From an uncultured Spirochaetota bacterium (GTDB taxonomy: Bacteria; Spirochaetota; Spirochaetia; SZUA-6; Fen-1364): 64,000 nucleotides of DNA. A program made the position numbers and the translations under genes. A model generated the notes under the pieces. That model was not told where the DNA came from. It did not search any database and was given only the letters and a program-made list of their open reading frames with translations. Location: positions 192,001-256,000 of the forward strand of contig CAWJSK010000013.1 in assembly GCA_963845535.1 (NCBI GenBank), in the 5' to 3' direction. Of this stretch, positions 9,625 through 19,301 are shown in pieces (positions within the stretch are counted from its first letter, which is position 1; every line of letters starts with the position of its first letter).

Positions 9625-10281
9625 CTGAAAAACCTGATGCGTTTTCTCACGGGCGCCGTCATGGCGCTCGTGATAACCGCCACGCCCGGCTTCGGGCAGG
9701 CAAACACGAACCCCAATGCCGGTTCCCCGGCGGCGGGCGTTTCGGGAGCTCAGAGTCCCAACGAGTCCGAGCTTGTCATTCCAGACACGGATAGCGGCCA
9801 GCGCGCGGGCGGCCAGGGCAGAGGTGCGCCCGCAGCGCAGGCTGCACAGCCCGCGACCCCGGGAGTCTCCCTGTGGGACTTCGTGAGGATGTTCATCATC
9901 CTCGCCGCGGTGGTCGGAGCCATCTATCTCCTGTTCTGGGTCCTTCGACGAAGCGCTGGAAAGAGGGTCACGGAGAACGACCTGATCCGCGTGCTTGGCT
10001 CGAAGAACCTTGCCGGGAACAGGGCGCTTCACCTTGTGGAGGTCGGTTCCTCGGTGTTCCTCGTCGGAGCATCCGAGGGGGGAGTGGAGCTCATTTCCCA
10101 GATCACCGACAAGGAGAGCCTCGACTCGGTGAGGCTGAAGGCCACGGAAGAGGCGCCGGGGGGAAGGCGCAACTTCCAGCAGCTCCTTTCGGAGATCTTT
10201 CGCCCGGCTGCGCGCCCGGTTTCCCTGGGTGACGGGGTCGGGTTCCTGCGCGGCCAGCGGGACAAGCTGAGGAAGCTATGA
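9625..10281 (+). CDS. fliO: Flagellar biogenesis protein FliZ/FliO (start uncertain: CTG 9625 or ATG 9637)
   Basis: Signal-like N-terminus, a TM, and a FliO domain (LHLVEVGSSVFLVG...VELISQI). Located between fliY and fliP. Confidence 0.82.
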   Translation: MKNLMRFLTGAVMALVITATPGFGQANTNPNAGSPAAGVSGAQSPNESELVIPDTDSGQRAGGQGRGAPAAQAAQPATPGVSLWDFVRMFIILAAVVGAIYLLFWVLRRSAGKRVTENDLIRVLGSKNLAGNRALHLVEVGSSVFLVGASEGGVELISQITDKESLDSVRLKATEEAPGGRRNFQQLLSEIFRPAARPVSLGDGVGFLRGQRDKLRKL

Positions 10282-11123
10282 AGAGGCTTCTTCCCGTCCT
10301 TGTCCTGCTGATCCTGGTGGGCTCGCTTTTCCCCGTGGGAGCGTTTGCCCAGGCAGCCGCGGCTTCACCGGGGGCAGGCCCCGCGGCCAGCGCGCCCGCG
10401 GCCGGCGCAGGGCGGGTGGGCGCGGCCGGCGCGGCCAACCTCCCCATCCCGTTTGTGGACTTCAACGTGCGGACGGCGCGCAGCAACCAGGAAGTGGTGC
10501 TTTCCGTTCAGCTCCTGCTCCTTCTTACGGTGCTGGCGCTGGCCCCGTCCATCCTCATCCTGACCACGTGCTTCCTTCGTATTGCCATTGTTTTCGATTT
10601 CATCAAGCGCGCCCTGTCCCTCCAATCAGCCCCTCCCAACCAGGTGATGATGGGGCTCGCGCTTTTTCTCACGCTGTTCATCATGTGGCCGACGTTCAGC
10701 CAGATCTACGAGACCTCCCTCAAGCCGTTCGGAGAGGGGAAGGTGGGTCTCCAGGAAATGTTCACGAATGCGGAGAAGCCGCTTCGGATCTTCATGTACC
10801 GCCAGATGGGCAACGACGCCCAGTCCATACGGCTCTTCATGAGCATGCGGGGCCTTCCCAAGCCGCAGACACTCGCCGACGTGCCGACGTATGTGCTCAT
10901 CCCGGCATTCGTCATCCATGAAATGACGACCGCCTTCAAAATAGGAATTCTACTCTTCATACCATTCATCATCATCGACATGGTGGTTGCCTCCACGCTC
11001 ATGTCGATGGGAATGATCATGCTGCCTCCCGTGATGATCTCCATGCCGTTCAAGCTGATCCTCTTCGTGCTCGTGGACGGCTGGGGGCTGCTCACCATGC
11101 AGCTAGTAAGGAGCTTCCGATGA
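10278..11123 (+). CDS. fliP: Flagellar export gate protein FliP
   Basis: PPNQV, IIIDMVVASTLMSMGM and PFKLILFVLVDGW motifs. Confidence 0.97.
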   Translation: MKRLLPVLVLLILVGSLFPVGAFAQAAAASPGAGPAASAPAAGAGRVGAAGAANLPIPFVDFNVRTARSNQEVVLSVQLLLLLTVLALAPSILILTTCFLRIAIVFDFIKRALSLQSAPPNQVMMGLALFLTLFIMWPTFSQIYETSLKPFGEGKVGLQEMFTNAEKPLRIFMYRQMGNDAQSIRLFMSMRGLPKPQTLADVPTYVLIPAFVIHEMTTAFKIGILLFIPFIIIDMVVASTLMSMGMIMLPPVMISMPFKLILFVLVDGWGLLTMQLVRSFR

Positions 11124-11383
11124 GCATGGGAACGGCAATTGCGATCATCCGGGAAGGGGTGCTGGAAACGCTCTTCCTCGCGGGCCCGCTTCTCCTCATT
11201 GGGATGGCGGTCGGTCTGGTTGTCGCCATCCTGCAGGCCACCACGTCAATCCAGGAACAAACCCTCAGTTTCGTTCCCAAGATCGCAGCCATCCTGCTGG
11301 GGCTGATCCTCCTCGGGAGGCTGCTTTTGGATTCCCTCGTGGGATATACGCGCAGGCTGTTCGACATGATTCCGCACATTTAA
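11120..11383 (+). CDS. fliQ: Flagellar export gate protein FliQ
   Basis: QATTSIQEQTLSFVPK motif, 87 aa. Confidence 0.96.
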   Translation: MSMGTAIAIIREGVLETLFLAGPLLLIGMAVGLVVAILQATTSIQEQTLSFVPKIAAILLGLILLGRLLLDSLVGYTRRLFDMIPHI

Positions 11384-11421
11384 GGGAGGGGAGGAAGCGG
11401 CGGGCAACCTTCGGGAACGTC

Positions 11422-12207
11422 ATGATAGAAGCGATGGTCACCAACATACGGCTCTTCCTCCTCGTGTTCTTCCGCATCATTGCGATGGTGGAGGTGGCCC
11501 CGCTCCTGTCTTCGTCATCCATCCCCCAAATGGCCAAGATCGGGCTTGCGTTCTTCACGGCGGCCACGGTCTTCCCCTGGGTCCTGCAGTCCGGCTACAT
11601 CATCCCCGCGAACGCCGTGGAGTACTTTTTCCTCGTGCTCGGCGAGGTGGCCATCGGGCTGTTGATCGGGTTTCTCCTTCTCCTCATTTTCTCCGCGTTT
11701 CAGCTCGCGGGCCATTTCTTCTCCCTTCAGATGGGGTTCGGAGCATCCGAAGTTTTCGACCCGCTCTCCCAGGTGGAAGTGCCGCTCATGGGCGAGTTCC
11801 TGAACCTGATCGCGATGCTCGTCTTCATTACGATCTCGGGAACCGGGAAGTTTCTCCTTGTGGGCGTGCTGCACTCGTTCCAGCACCTGCGCGCGGTGGA
11901 CCTCGTTACGCACAAGGAGGCAATCATCTCGCTCCTGGTGAGCGGCCTGGGAGGCCTTTTCCAGAGCGCGCTCACGATCTCTTTCCCCATCCTCGGGACG
12001 CTGCTTCTCGTTTCGATCGTCATGGGCCTCCTGGCCAAGGCGGCCCCGCAGATGGACATCCTGACCATGGGATTCCCCGTTTCCATCGGCGTGTCCTTCA
12101 TCATTCTTTTTGCGACGCTGCCTTTCCTGATGACCGCTTTCGAGCGGATCATCGATGGCAGCTTCAGCACGCTGCAGGCGTTCATCGTGGGAGCGGGAAG
12201 CAAATGA
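11422..12207 (+). CDS. fliR: Flagellar export gate protein FliR
   Basis: Multi-TM protein with AGHFFSLQMGF and GLLAKAAPQMD motifs. Confidence 0.95.
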   Translation: MIEAMVTNIRLFLLVFFRIIAMVEVAPLLSSSSIPQMAKIGLAFFTAATVFPWVLQSGYIIPANAVEYFFLVLGEVAIGLLIGFLLLLIFSAFQLAGHFFSLQMGFGASEVFDPLSQVEVPLMGEFLNLIAMLVFITISGTGKFLLVGVLHSFQHLRAVDLVTHKEAIISLLVSGLGGLFQSALTISFPILGTLLLVSIVMGLLAKAAPQMDILTMGFPVSIGVSFIILFATLPFLMTAFERIIDGSFSTLQAFIVGAGSK

Positions 12208-13370
12208 GCGGAATGCTCGCCATGGCCGAGCCGCTGCTTGATCCTCTGGGGTTCCCGCTCGGCACTCCCTTCGACGTCCACCTCCAATGGTTCGCGGCGG
12301 AAGACGAAGGGCGCACCGAGGAGCCTTCCGAGCACAAGATCAGGAAGGCGCGGGAGGAAGGGAAAGTCGCCAAGTCCTCGGAGTTCAGCTCATCGCTGGT
12401 CCTGCTGGCGGGAATTGCCACGCTGGGGCTCATCGGGAGCTCCATGCTGAGGTCCTTCGCGGAGATGCTGCGCTTCTTCCTGTCCATTGCCGCCACCCCG
12501 GGCGCATTCAACGGGAGCCTGCTGATTGCGCTCCTGAGCTGGGCCGCCAAGATCGGGCTCCCCATCCTGGTGGTGGCATTCGTGGTTGCCGTGCTGGGAA
12601 ACGTGATCCAGGTAGGCTTCCTCTTCACGGCGAAACCCATCACGCCGGACTTCAGCCGCATCACGCCGCGCTTCGGGAGATGGTTTTCGAGGTCTTTCGG
12701 ATCACCGGAAGCGCTTTTCAATCTCGCGAAAGCCCTCGTCAAGATTGCGCTGATAGTCGCCATCTCCTTCGTGAACATCCGCGGTGAGATCCCGCGCCTC
12801 ACGCGGCTGGCAATGGAGCCGTTCTTCTCGGGAGTGTCCGTCATCGCGCAGATTGCCTTCCGCATCATGCTGGAGGCGGCCATCGCGCTTCTTGCTTTTT
12901 CCGCCATCGATTACTGGTTCCAGCGGCGCCAGCACCTGGAGTCCCTCAAGATGTCCCGCCAGGAAGTCAAGGAAGAGCGCAAGATGTATGAAGGGGACCC
13001 GCTGACGCGAAGCAGGCTGCGTGAACGGATGCGGGAGATCATGCGGCGCAACATGCTGAAAGCGGTGCCGAAAGCGGACGTTGTCATCACGAACCCCACG
13101 CACTACGCCGTTGCCCTCGAATACAACCGCGCCATCATGCAGGCGCCCACCGTGGTCGCAAAAGGGGCGGACATGATCGCGCAGCGCATCAAGGAAGTGG
13201 CCGGGGAGAACAATGTGCCAATCATGGAGAACAAGCCGCTTGCCCAGGCGTTGTACAAGGAAGTCGAGATCGGCGACAGCATCCCGGAGAAGTTCTACGA
13301 GGTGATGTCCACCATCCTTGCCGAGGTATACCGACTGGCGGGAAAGACCGAGGAGGCTCGCTATGGCTGA
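12204..13370 (+). CDS. flhB: Flagellar export protein FlhB
   Basis: RKAREEG, EGDP and the NPTH autocleavage motif. Confidence 0.97.
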   Translation: MSGMLAMAEPLLDPLGFPLGTPFDVHLQWFAAEDEGRTEEPSEHKIRKAREEGKVAKSSEFSSSLVLLAGIATLGLIGSSMLRSFAEMLRFFLSIAATPGAFNGSLLIALLSWAAKIGLPILVVAFVVAVLGNVIQVGFLFTAKPITPDFSRITPRFGRWFSRSFGSPEALFNLAKALVKIALIVAISFVNIRGEIPRLTRLAMEPFFSGVSVIAQIAFRIMLEAAIALLAFSAIDYWFQRRQHLESLKMSRQEVKEERKMYEGDPLTRSRLRERMREIMRRNMLKAVPKADVVITNPTHYAVALEYNRAIMQAPTVVAKGADMIAQRIKEVAGENNVPIMENKPLAQALYKEVEIGDSIPEKFYEVMSTILAEVYRLAGKTEEARYG

Positions 13371-15447
13371 TGCCCGCGCCGTTGTCGGGAACCTGTGGCA
13401 GCAGAGGAGCGACATCCTGGTCGCCGTCGGCGTCGTCGTGGTGATCATGATGATGCTGATACCGCTGCCCGCCGTGCTGCTGGACGTGCTGCTGGCCGCC
13501 AACCTCGTCCTGGCCCTGCTCGTCATCCTGACGGTGCTGTATACGCGGCACGCGCTGGAGTTCTCCGTTTTTCCGACCCTGCTTCTGATTGCAACCGTTT
13601 TCGGGCTCGCGCTGAACGTTTCCTCCACCCGCCTGATCCTCTCGAAGGGCAGCCAGTTCAACGGGCACATCATCCGGGCGTTCGCAACGTTCGTGGTCGG
13701 GACGCGCGGGGTCGAAGGATACGTGATCGGCCTGATCATCTTCATCATCATCATCGCCGTCCAGTTCATCGTCATCACCAAGGGGGCAACGCGCGTGGCC
13801 GAGGTTGCGGCCCGTTTCACGTTGGATGCCTTGCCGGGCAAGCAGATGGCCATCGAGGCGGAATACAACTCGGGGCTCATCACGGAGGAGGAAGCCACCC
13901 GCAAGAAGAACAACCTCCAGCGGGAAGCTGATTTCTACGGGTCCATGGACGGAGCCTCGAAGTTCATCTCGGGGAACGTCAAGGTCGGAATCCTCATCAC
14001 CGTCGTGCAGATCGTGGGCGGGCTGATCGTGGGCATGACGCTGCACGGGGAGCCGCTGGACGTCGCCTTGAACACCTACATTTCCCTCTCCATCGGGGAC
14101 GGGCTCGTCACGCAGCTTCCGGCGCTCCTCATCTCGACGGCCACCGGCATCATCGTCACGCGCGCCATCTCCGACGCCTCTTTCGGCAAGGACATCACGA
14201 AGCAGTTCTCCGCGCAGTCGCGTCCCTACCTCATTTCGGCCGCGTTCCTCATCCTCCTGTCCTTCCTTCCGGGCTTCCCCTGGTACGTGCTGATCCCCAT
14301 GGGCATCCTGATCGGCGTGCTCGGGTTCAGCCTCACGCGGCGCCAGATCGCCGACGAGGAAAAGACGAGGACGCGGGAGGTTGCTGACAAGGAAAAGGCC
14401 GCGCCGGCGGAAATATCACCGGTGGTGCCGCTGGACCCGCTCTCCCTGGAGATCGGCTACGGGCTGATCCCGCTCGTGGACAAGGAGCAGGGGGCGGAGC
14501 TTCTTGACCGCATTACGCGCATCCGCCGCGAATCAGCCCTCGAGCTGGGGCTCGTGGTGCCGCGCATCCGTATCATCGACAACATGCGGCTGGAGCCCGC
14601 CGAATACTCCTTCAAGATCCGCGGGGTCGAGGTGGGGCGCGGAAAGATCAAGATGGGCTACTACCTGGCAATCCAGCCGGGCCGGGTCGCGGAGGAAGTG
14701 CAGGGGGAACCGACCAAGGACCCCGCCTTCGGGCTGCCGGCGGTATGGATCGCGGAAGAAGACAGGGAGAAGGCGGAAAGGCTTGGATACACCGTGGTGG
14801 ACCCGCCCTCCATCATCGCCACCCACCTGACGGAGATCATCAAGAAGTACGCTTCCGAGATCCTGGGCCGCCAGGAAGTGCAATCCATCCTCGACGCGCT
14901 GAAGGCGGATTACCCGGCCGTCGTGGAGGAAGTGAAGAAAGTCCTTTCCGTGGGGGAGACGCAGAAGGTCCTCCAGGGCCTTCTCATGGAGAGGGTCTCG
15001 GTCCGCAACATGGTGGCAATCCTGGAGACGCTGGCGGACTACGGCCCGGTGACGAAGGACGTCGGCTTCCTCATCGAGAAGGTCCGCCAGGCGTTAGGGA
15101 GGCAGATCTGCCTGCAGTACAGCGACGACAAGAAGACGCTTCGCGTCCTCACCATCGAGCCGGCGCTGGAGAAGAAGATCATCGACTCCCGGGTGGAGAC
15201 CAACCGGGGCATTGCGGCCGGGCTGGACCCGGCAACGCACAGGAAATGGATCACGGCGCTCTCCAACGCCGTGAGGACGGTCCAGGAGACGGGCAATCAC
15301 GAAGTGGTCCTGTGCTCGGAGGCCGCTCGCCCGCTCGTCAAGTCGAGCACCATGCGGGAGATCCCGCATCTGGCCGTCATCTCGAGTCTCGAGGTGGCGC
15401 CGGATATCGCCGTGGAGGCGCTTGGAGAGATCAAACTGGAAGGGTAG
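13363..15447 (+). CDS. flhA: Flagellar export protein FlhA
   Basis: RVAEVAARFTLDALPGKQMAI and DFYGSMDGASKF motifs. ATG at 13363 follows a GAGGAGG SD. Confidence 0.97.
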   Translation: MADARAVVGNLWQQRSDILVAVGVVVVIMMMLIPLPAVLLDVLLAANLVLALLVILTVLYTRHALEFSVFPTLLLIATVFGLALNVSSTRLILSKGSQFNGHIIRAFATFVVGTRGVEGYVIGLIIFIIIIAVQFIVITKGATRVAEVAARFTLDALPGKQMAIEAEYNSGLITEEEATRKKNNLQREADFYGSMDGASKFISGNVKVGILITVVQIVGGLIVGMTLHGEPLDVALNTYISLSIGDGLVTQLPALLISTATGIIVTRAISDASFGKDITKQFSAQSRPYLISAAFLILLSFLPGFPWYVLIPMGILIGVLGFSLTRRQIADEEKTRTREVADKEKAAPAEISPVVPLDPLSLEIGYGLIPLVDKEQGAELLDRITRIRRESALELGLVVPRIRIIDNMRLEPAEYSFKIRGVEVGRGKIKMGYYLAIQPGRVAEEVQGEPTKDPAFGLPAVWIAEEDREKAERLGYTVVDPPSIIATHLTEIIKKYASEILGRQEVQSILDALKADYPAVVEEVKKVLSVGETQKVLQGLLMERVSVRNMVAILETLADYGPVTKDVGFLIEKVRQALGRQICLQYSDDKKTLRVLTIEPALEKKIIDSRVETNRGIAAGLDPATHRKWITALSNAVRTVQETGNHEVVLCSEAARPLVKSSTMREIPHLAVISSLEVAPDIAVEALGEIKLEG

Positions 15448-15486
15448 GCTCAGGGGCGGCGGAAAGAGGCCGTCCCAGGGGGGGGA

Positions 15487-16701
15487 ATGCAATACTTCAC
15501 GATCCAGGCGCGCAGCAACAGGGAAGCGATCGAAAAGATGAAGCTCACCTACGGGGACGACGCGCGCATCCTCACGCATCGAAGCGTGCGCCTCGGAGGC
15601 TTCCTCGGCATGTTTGCCCAGGAGGGCGTGGAGGTGACCGGGTACCTCTCCGATGATGGCGCGAGGAAAAGGAAGGCCGACGTGGAGGAAGAGAAGAAGC
15701 GCATCCTCGAATCCGTGAAAAAGGAACAGGGCCTCCAGGTCCTTCTCAAGGAGATCCAGGGTTTGCGGGAATCCCTCGACGCGCGCGCCATGGCGGTGGC
15801 CGTTTCCGAGATCTCCCCCGGCAACAGCCTGCATCCCTCCCTTGCGAAGATGGAGGACTTGCTCGCGGCAAACGATTTTTCCGAGGAGTTCATCGCCGCC
15901 CTGCGGGAGAAGGCGAAGAAGGAGTTCTCCCTCGACGCGCTGGAGAACTACCCGACGCTCATGGCCTCCGTGCTGGAATGGATCGGGGAGAGGATCGATA
16001 TAGACCAGCCGCTTCGCATCGCGGGGAAAGGGACGAAGATCCTCATCATCGTGGGCCCGACCGGTGTGGGCAAGACCACCACCATCGCCAAGCTCGCTGC
16101 CATTCACGGAATTGGAGATGGCCGGCAGTCCCCCAGAAAAGTCCGCATCATAACAATTGACAACTACCGCATTGCCGCAAAGCAGCAGATCGAGACGTAC
16201 GCGGAGATCATGCGCATCCCCGTGAGCCTGGTGGAGAGCGCCGCCGACCTGCAGAAATGCCTCGCGCTCAACCAGGACGCCGAGCTGATCCTCATTGACA
16301 CCATCGGGCGCAGCCCGCGCGACCTTGCAAAGCTTGCCGAGATGAAGGAAATTCTTTCCGCCTGCGGGAGCCAGGCGAGCGTGTACCTGGCCCTCGCCGC
16401 CACGACCAAGGCAAGCGACACGGAGGAAATCCTGCGGCAGTTCGAGCCCTTCGGCTATCGGGCCGTCGTGCTGACGAAGCTGGATGAGACGATGAGGATC
16501 GGCAACATCATTTCGTGCCTTTCTCGCCTGCGAAAGCCGATTGCCTACCTGTGCGACGGTCAGGGAGTGCCCCAGGACATCCAGGAAGCGGGAGTGGTCC
16601 GGTTGCTCATGAACATGGAAGGCTTTCGCGTCGATCGGGAGAGCCTGGAAAAAAGATTCGCACGAGGGGCTGCGGCCGCGCCCCTGGGCAAGGGGGCCTG
16701 A
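15487..16701 (+). CDS. flhF: SRP-type GTPase FlhF
   Basis: GPTGVGKTTTIAKLAA, DTIGRS, TKLDE and GQGVPQD motifs. Confidence 0.95.
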   Translation: MQYFTIQARSNREAIEKMKLTYGDDARILTHRSVRLGGFLGMFAQEGVEVTGYLSDDGARKRKADVEEEKKRILESVKKEQGLQVLLKEIQGLRESLDARAMAVAVSEISPGNSLHPSLAKMEDLLAANDFSEEFIAALREKAKKEFSLDALENYPTLMASVLEWIGERIDIDQPLRIAGKGTKILIIVGPTGVGKTTTIAKLAAIHGIGDGRQSPRKVRIITIDNYRIAAKQQIETYAEIMRIPVSLVESAADLQKCLALNQDAELILIDTIGRSPRDLAKLAEMKEILSACGSQASVYLALAATTKASDTEEILRQFEPFGYRAVVLTKLDETMRIGNIISCLSRLRKPIAYLCDGQGVPQDIQEAGVVRLLMNMEGFRVDRESLEKRFARGAAAAPLGKGA

Positions 16702-16703
16702 AC

Positions 16704-17615
16704 ATGGCAGACCAGGCGCAAAAGTTGCGGGAGCTCGTGGGCGCCGGAGGGGCGTCGACCTCCGCTCGCAAGGAAAAAGGAGCCGCGGGATCCCAGGGGC
16801 AGGAGGCGAGAAAAGCCACCCGGATCATTGCCGTATCAAGCGGAAAAGGCGGGGTGGGAAAGACGAATATCGCCATCAACCTCGCGCTGGCATACGCGCA
16901 GGCGGGCAAGAAAGTGATCGTGATGGACGCGGACCTGGGACTGGCCAACGTGAACGTCGTCCTCGGGGTCATCCCCCGGTACAACCTCTATCACCTCATA
17001 CGGAAACAGAAGACGCTCGCGGAGATCCTGGTGGAGACGAGCTACGGGATCAAGATCATTGCCGGGGCTTCCGGCTTCTCCAAGATCGCCAACCTCTCGG
17101 AAGAGGAGCGCAAGGACTTCATTGCAGAGCTCGCGGCCCTTTCCAACGCGGACGTCCTCATCATCGATTGCGCCGCGGGGGTGTCCAACAACGTCATCTC
17201 TTTCATCGCGGCCGCTGATGACGCCCTGATCGTGACGACTCCCGAGCCCACTGCCATTACCGACGCGTACGGGATCATCAAGATCATCGCCACGGAGATC
17301 GACAACCTCGACCTCGGCCTCAAGCTCGTGGTCAACAGGGTGAAGTCCGTCGTGGAGGGGAAGAAGGTGGCGGAAAGGGTCATCACCATCGCCGGCCAGT
17401 TCCTCAACCTCAAGGTGGACTACCTGGGGTTCGTGTATGATGATCCGGTTGTCCACAGCTCGGTGGTGCGGCAGAAGCCTTTCCTCATTTACGACCCGAA
17501 AGCGAAGGCCTCCGTCTGCATCCGCCACCTGCTGGGCAGGCTCGAGCATTTCGATTACCGGGACGGGAAAGGAGTCCCTGTTTTCCTCAAGAAACTCTTT
17601 GGAGGCGGGAAATAG
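16704..17615 (+). CDS. flhG: MinD/ParA-family ATPase FlhG
   Basis: ATG at 16704 gives MADQAQKLR. Also SGKGGVGKT, DADLGLAN and TTPEPTAITDAY motifs. Confidence 0.94.
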   Translation: MADQAQKLRELVGAGGASTSARKEKGAAGSQGQEARKATRIIAVSSGKGGVGKTNIAINLALAYAQAGKKVIVMDADLGLANVNVVLGVIPRYNLYHLIRKQKTLAEILVETSYGIKIIAGASGFSKIANLSEEERKDFIAELAALSNADVLIIDCAAGVSNNVISFIAAADDALIVTTPEPTAITDAYGIIKIIATEIDNLDLGLKLVVNRVKSVVEGKKVAERVITIAGQFLNLKVDYLGFVYDDPVVHSSVVRQKPFLIYDPKAKASVCIRHLLGRLEHFDYRDGKGVPVFLKKLFGGGK

Positions 17616-17636
17616 GCTGGTTCCGGAAGGGGTTTG

Positions 17637-17665
17637 TTGACTCTCAGCCGTGTTTCCCCTACTGT
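17637..17665 (+). promoter_or_regulatory. Putative sigma70 promoter for the hyp-fliA-fapA-che segment
   Basis: TTGACT (17637-42), 17-nt spacer, TACTGT (17660-65). Confidence 0.6.
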
Positions 17666-17684
17666 AAGGAAGGGGGGTCGGTCC

Positions 17685-18494
17685 GTGAAGGACTTCATGA
17701 GGGGATTCGGAAAGATGGCCGGGTTTGCTGCTGCCGGCGCCTTTCTTCTTTCCCTGGCGGTGGGTCTTGTCAGCCGCAACCCCTTCGGCGTGGCGCTGGC
17801 AAGGGCTTTTCTTTTTGCTGTCCTCTTTGCAGGCCTGGCAGCCGGGGCCCGGTATATAATTACGAAATACCTGCCTGAGCTGGCTACCAATGCGCCACCG
17901 AGAGCGGAAGGCGCAAGAGGCCAGAACGTGGATATCACGCTGCCTGAGGAGCGCCCCGCCCCGGCGGGTCGGGCAAGCGCATACGCCCGCGAATCGGCTG
18001 AGTCGGCGCGGCGGACGGGCGCCGGGGAAGAACCGGAAACGGCGCTTGGGGAGTCGTCGGGGGAAGAGGGTGAGAGCCTCGGTGCAGAAACGCCTGCGCT
18101 CGACCTGGAGCAGCCGCACGCTGGTGGGAGCGCGGACGTCCTCGGGGACGAGCTTGATGACGTGCTTCCGCCCCTGACGGAGGACGGATATGCGGCGGAC
18201 GCGGACCGGGCCGAGGCCTCGGATGAGAGCGCGGAGCCGGTCGAAGAGGCCGAAAGCGTCTCGGAGGAAGGTTCGCGGGGACTTTCAGAGGAGCAGTCGG
18301 CTTCCGGAATCGAAGGGGAGCTCGGTCAGCTTCCTGACATCTCCTCTCTTGGGGAGCCTCCCTCCACGCCCCGAGCCCCACGGAGGTCCGAGTCGAAGCC
18401 GGAAGACGAAATGAAGGGAGCCCTTGGCAGCCGGGACCCTGCAACACTGGCGCGGGCTATCCGCACGGTCTTGAAACGAGAGGAAAAGGGATAG
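17685..18494 (+). CDS. Hypothetical protein with two N-terminal TMs and an acidic tail, between flhG and fliA
   Basis: GTG start after AAGGAAGGGGG. Two hydrophobic helices, a disordered acidic region, and C-terminal [13 protein letters not shown]. Confidence 0.75.
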   Translation: MKDFMRGFGKMAGFAAAGAFLLSLAVGLVSRNPFGVALARAFLFAVLFAGLAAGARYIITKYLPELATNAPPRAEGARGQNVDITLPEERPAPAGRASAYARESAESARRTGAGEEPETALGESSGEEGESLGAETPALDLEQPHAGGSADVLGDELDDVLPPLTEDGYAADADRAEASDESAEPVEEAESVSEEGSRGLSEEQSASGIEGELGQLPDISSLGEPPSTPRAPRRSESKPEDEMKGALGSRDPATLARAIRTVLKREEKG

Positions 18495-18501
18495 AGGAAG
18501 A

Positions 18502-19290
18502 ATGGCTGACAGCCGCTGGGATGGCAAGTCCGAAGAGGATCTCTGGAAGGTCTACCGCCGCACGAAGGACCAGAAGCTGAGGGACTTCTTCGTGAGGCAG
18601 TACGCTCCCCTGGTGAAGTACGTGGCGGGAAAGATCGCCCTGGGGATGCCTCAGAACGTCGAGTTCGACGACCTGGTCGGTTTCGGGGTCTTCGGACTGT
18701 TCGACGCCATCGACAAGTTTGATCCGGGCAAGCACGTGAAGTTCAAGACCTACGCCGTCACCAGGATCCGCGGCGCCATCTTCGACGAGCTTCGCACCAT
18801 CGACTGGGTGCCTCGCTCGGTTCGCCAGAAGGCGCGGGAGGTGGAGGAGACGGTGCGGCGCCTGGAATCCTCCCTGGGTCGGGCCGCTTCGGATGAAGAG
18901 ATAGCCCTCGGCATGGAGATGGACCTCAAGGATTTCCAGCAGATGATGCTGAAGATCAGCGGCACCTCAATGCTGTCCCTTCATGACATCTGGTACACGG
19001 GAGAAGACAACGACAAGATCTCCATCGCGGAAAGCATCGAAAGCCCGGGAAGCCTCAACCCGGACACGATTGTCGAGAAGGAGGAGATCAAGCGGGTCAT
19101 CGTTGACGCCATCAAAGAGCTTCCGGAAAAAGAAAAGAAGGTGCTCGTGCTCTACTATTATGAAGACCTCACCTTGAAAGAGATCGGAGAGGTGCTCGCG
19201 GTGACCGAGAGCAGGGTTTCGCAGCTTCACACAAAGGCGGTGATGCGCCTGCGGGCAAAATTGACGAGCTTCAAGAGGGGGCTTGTCTAG
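18502..19290 (+). CDS. fliA: RNA polymerase sigma-28 factor FliA/WhiG
   Basis: [21 protein letters not shown] motif and the [22 protein letters not shown]. Confidence 0.97.
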   Translation: MADSRWDGKSEEDLWKVYRRTKDQKLRDFFVRQYAPLVKYVAGKIALGMPQNVEFDDLVGFGVFGLFDAIDKFDPGKHVKFKTYAVTRIRGAIFDELRTIDWVPRSVRQKAREVEETVRRLESSLGRAASDEEIALGMEMDLKDFQQMMLKISGTSMLSLHDIWYTGEDNDKISIAESIESPGSLNPDTIVEKEEIKRVIVDAIKELPEKEKKVLVLYYYEDLTLKEIGEVLAVTESRVSQLHTKAVMRLRAKLTSFKRGLV

Positions 19291-19301
19291 AGGAAAAGAC
19301 C

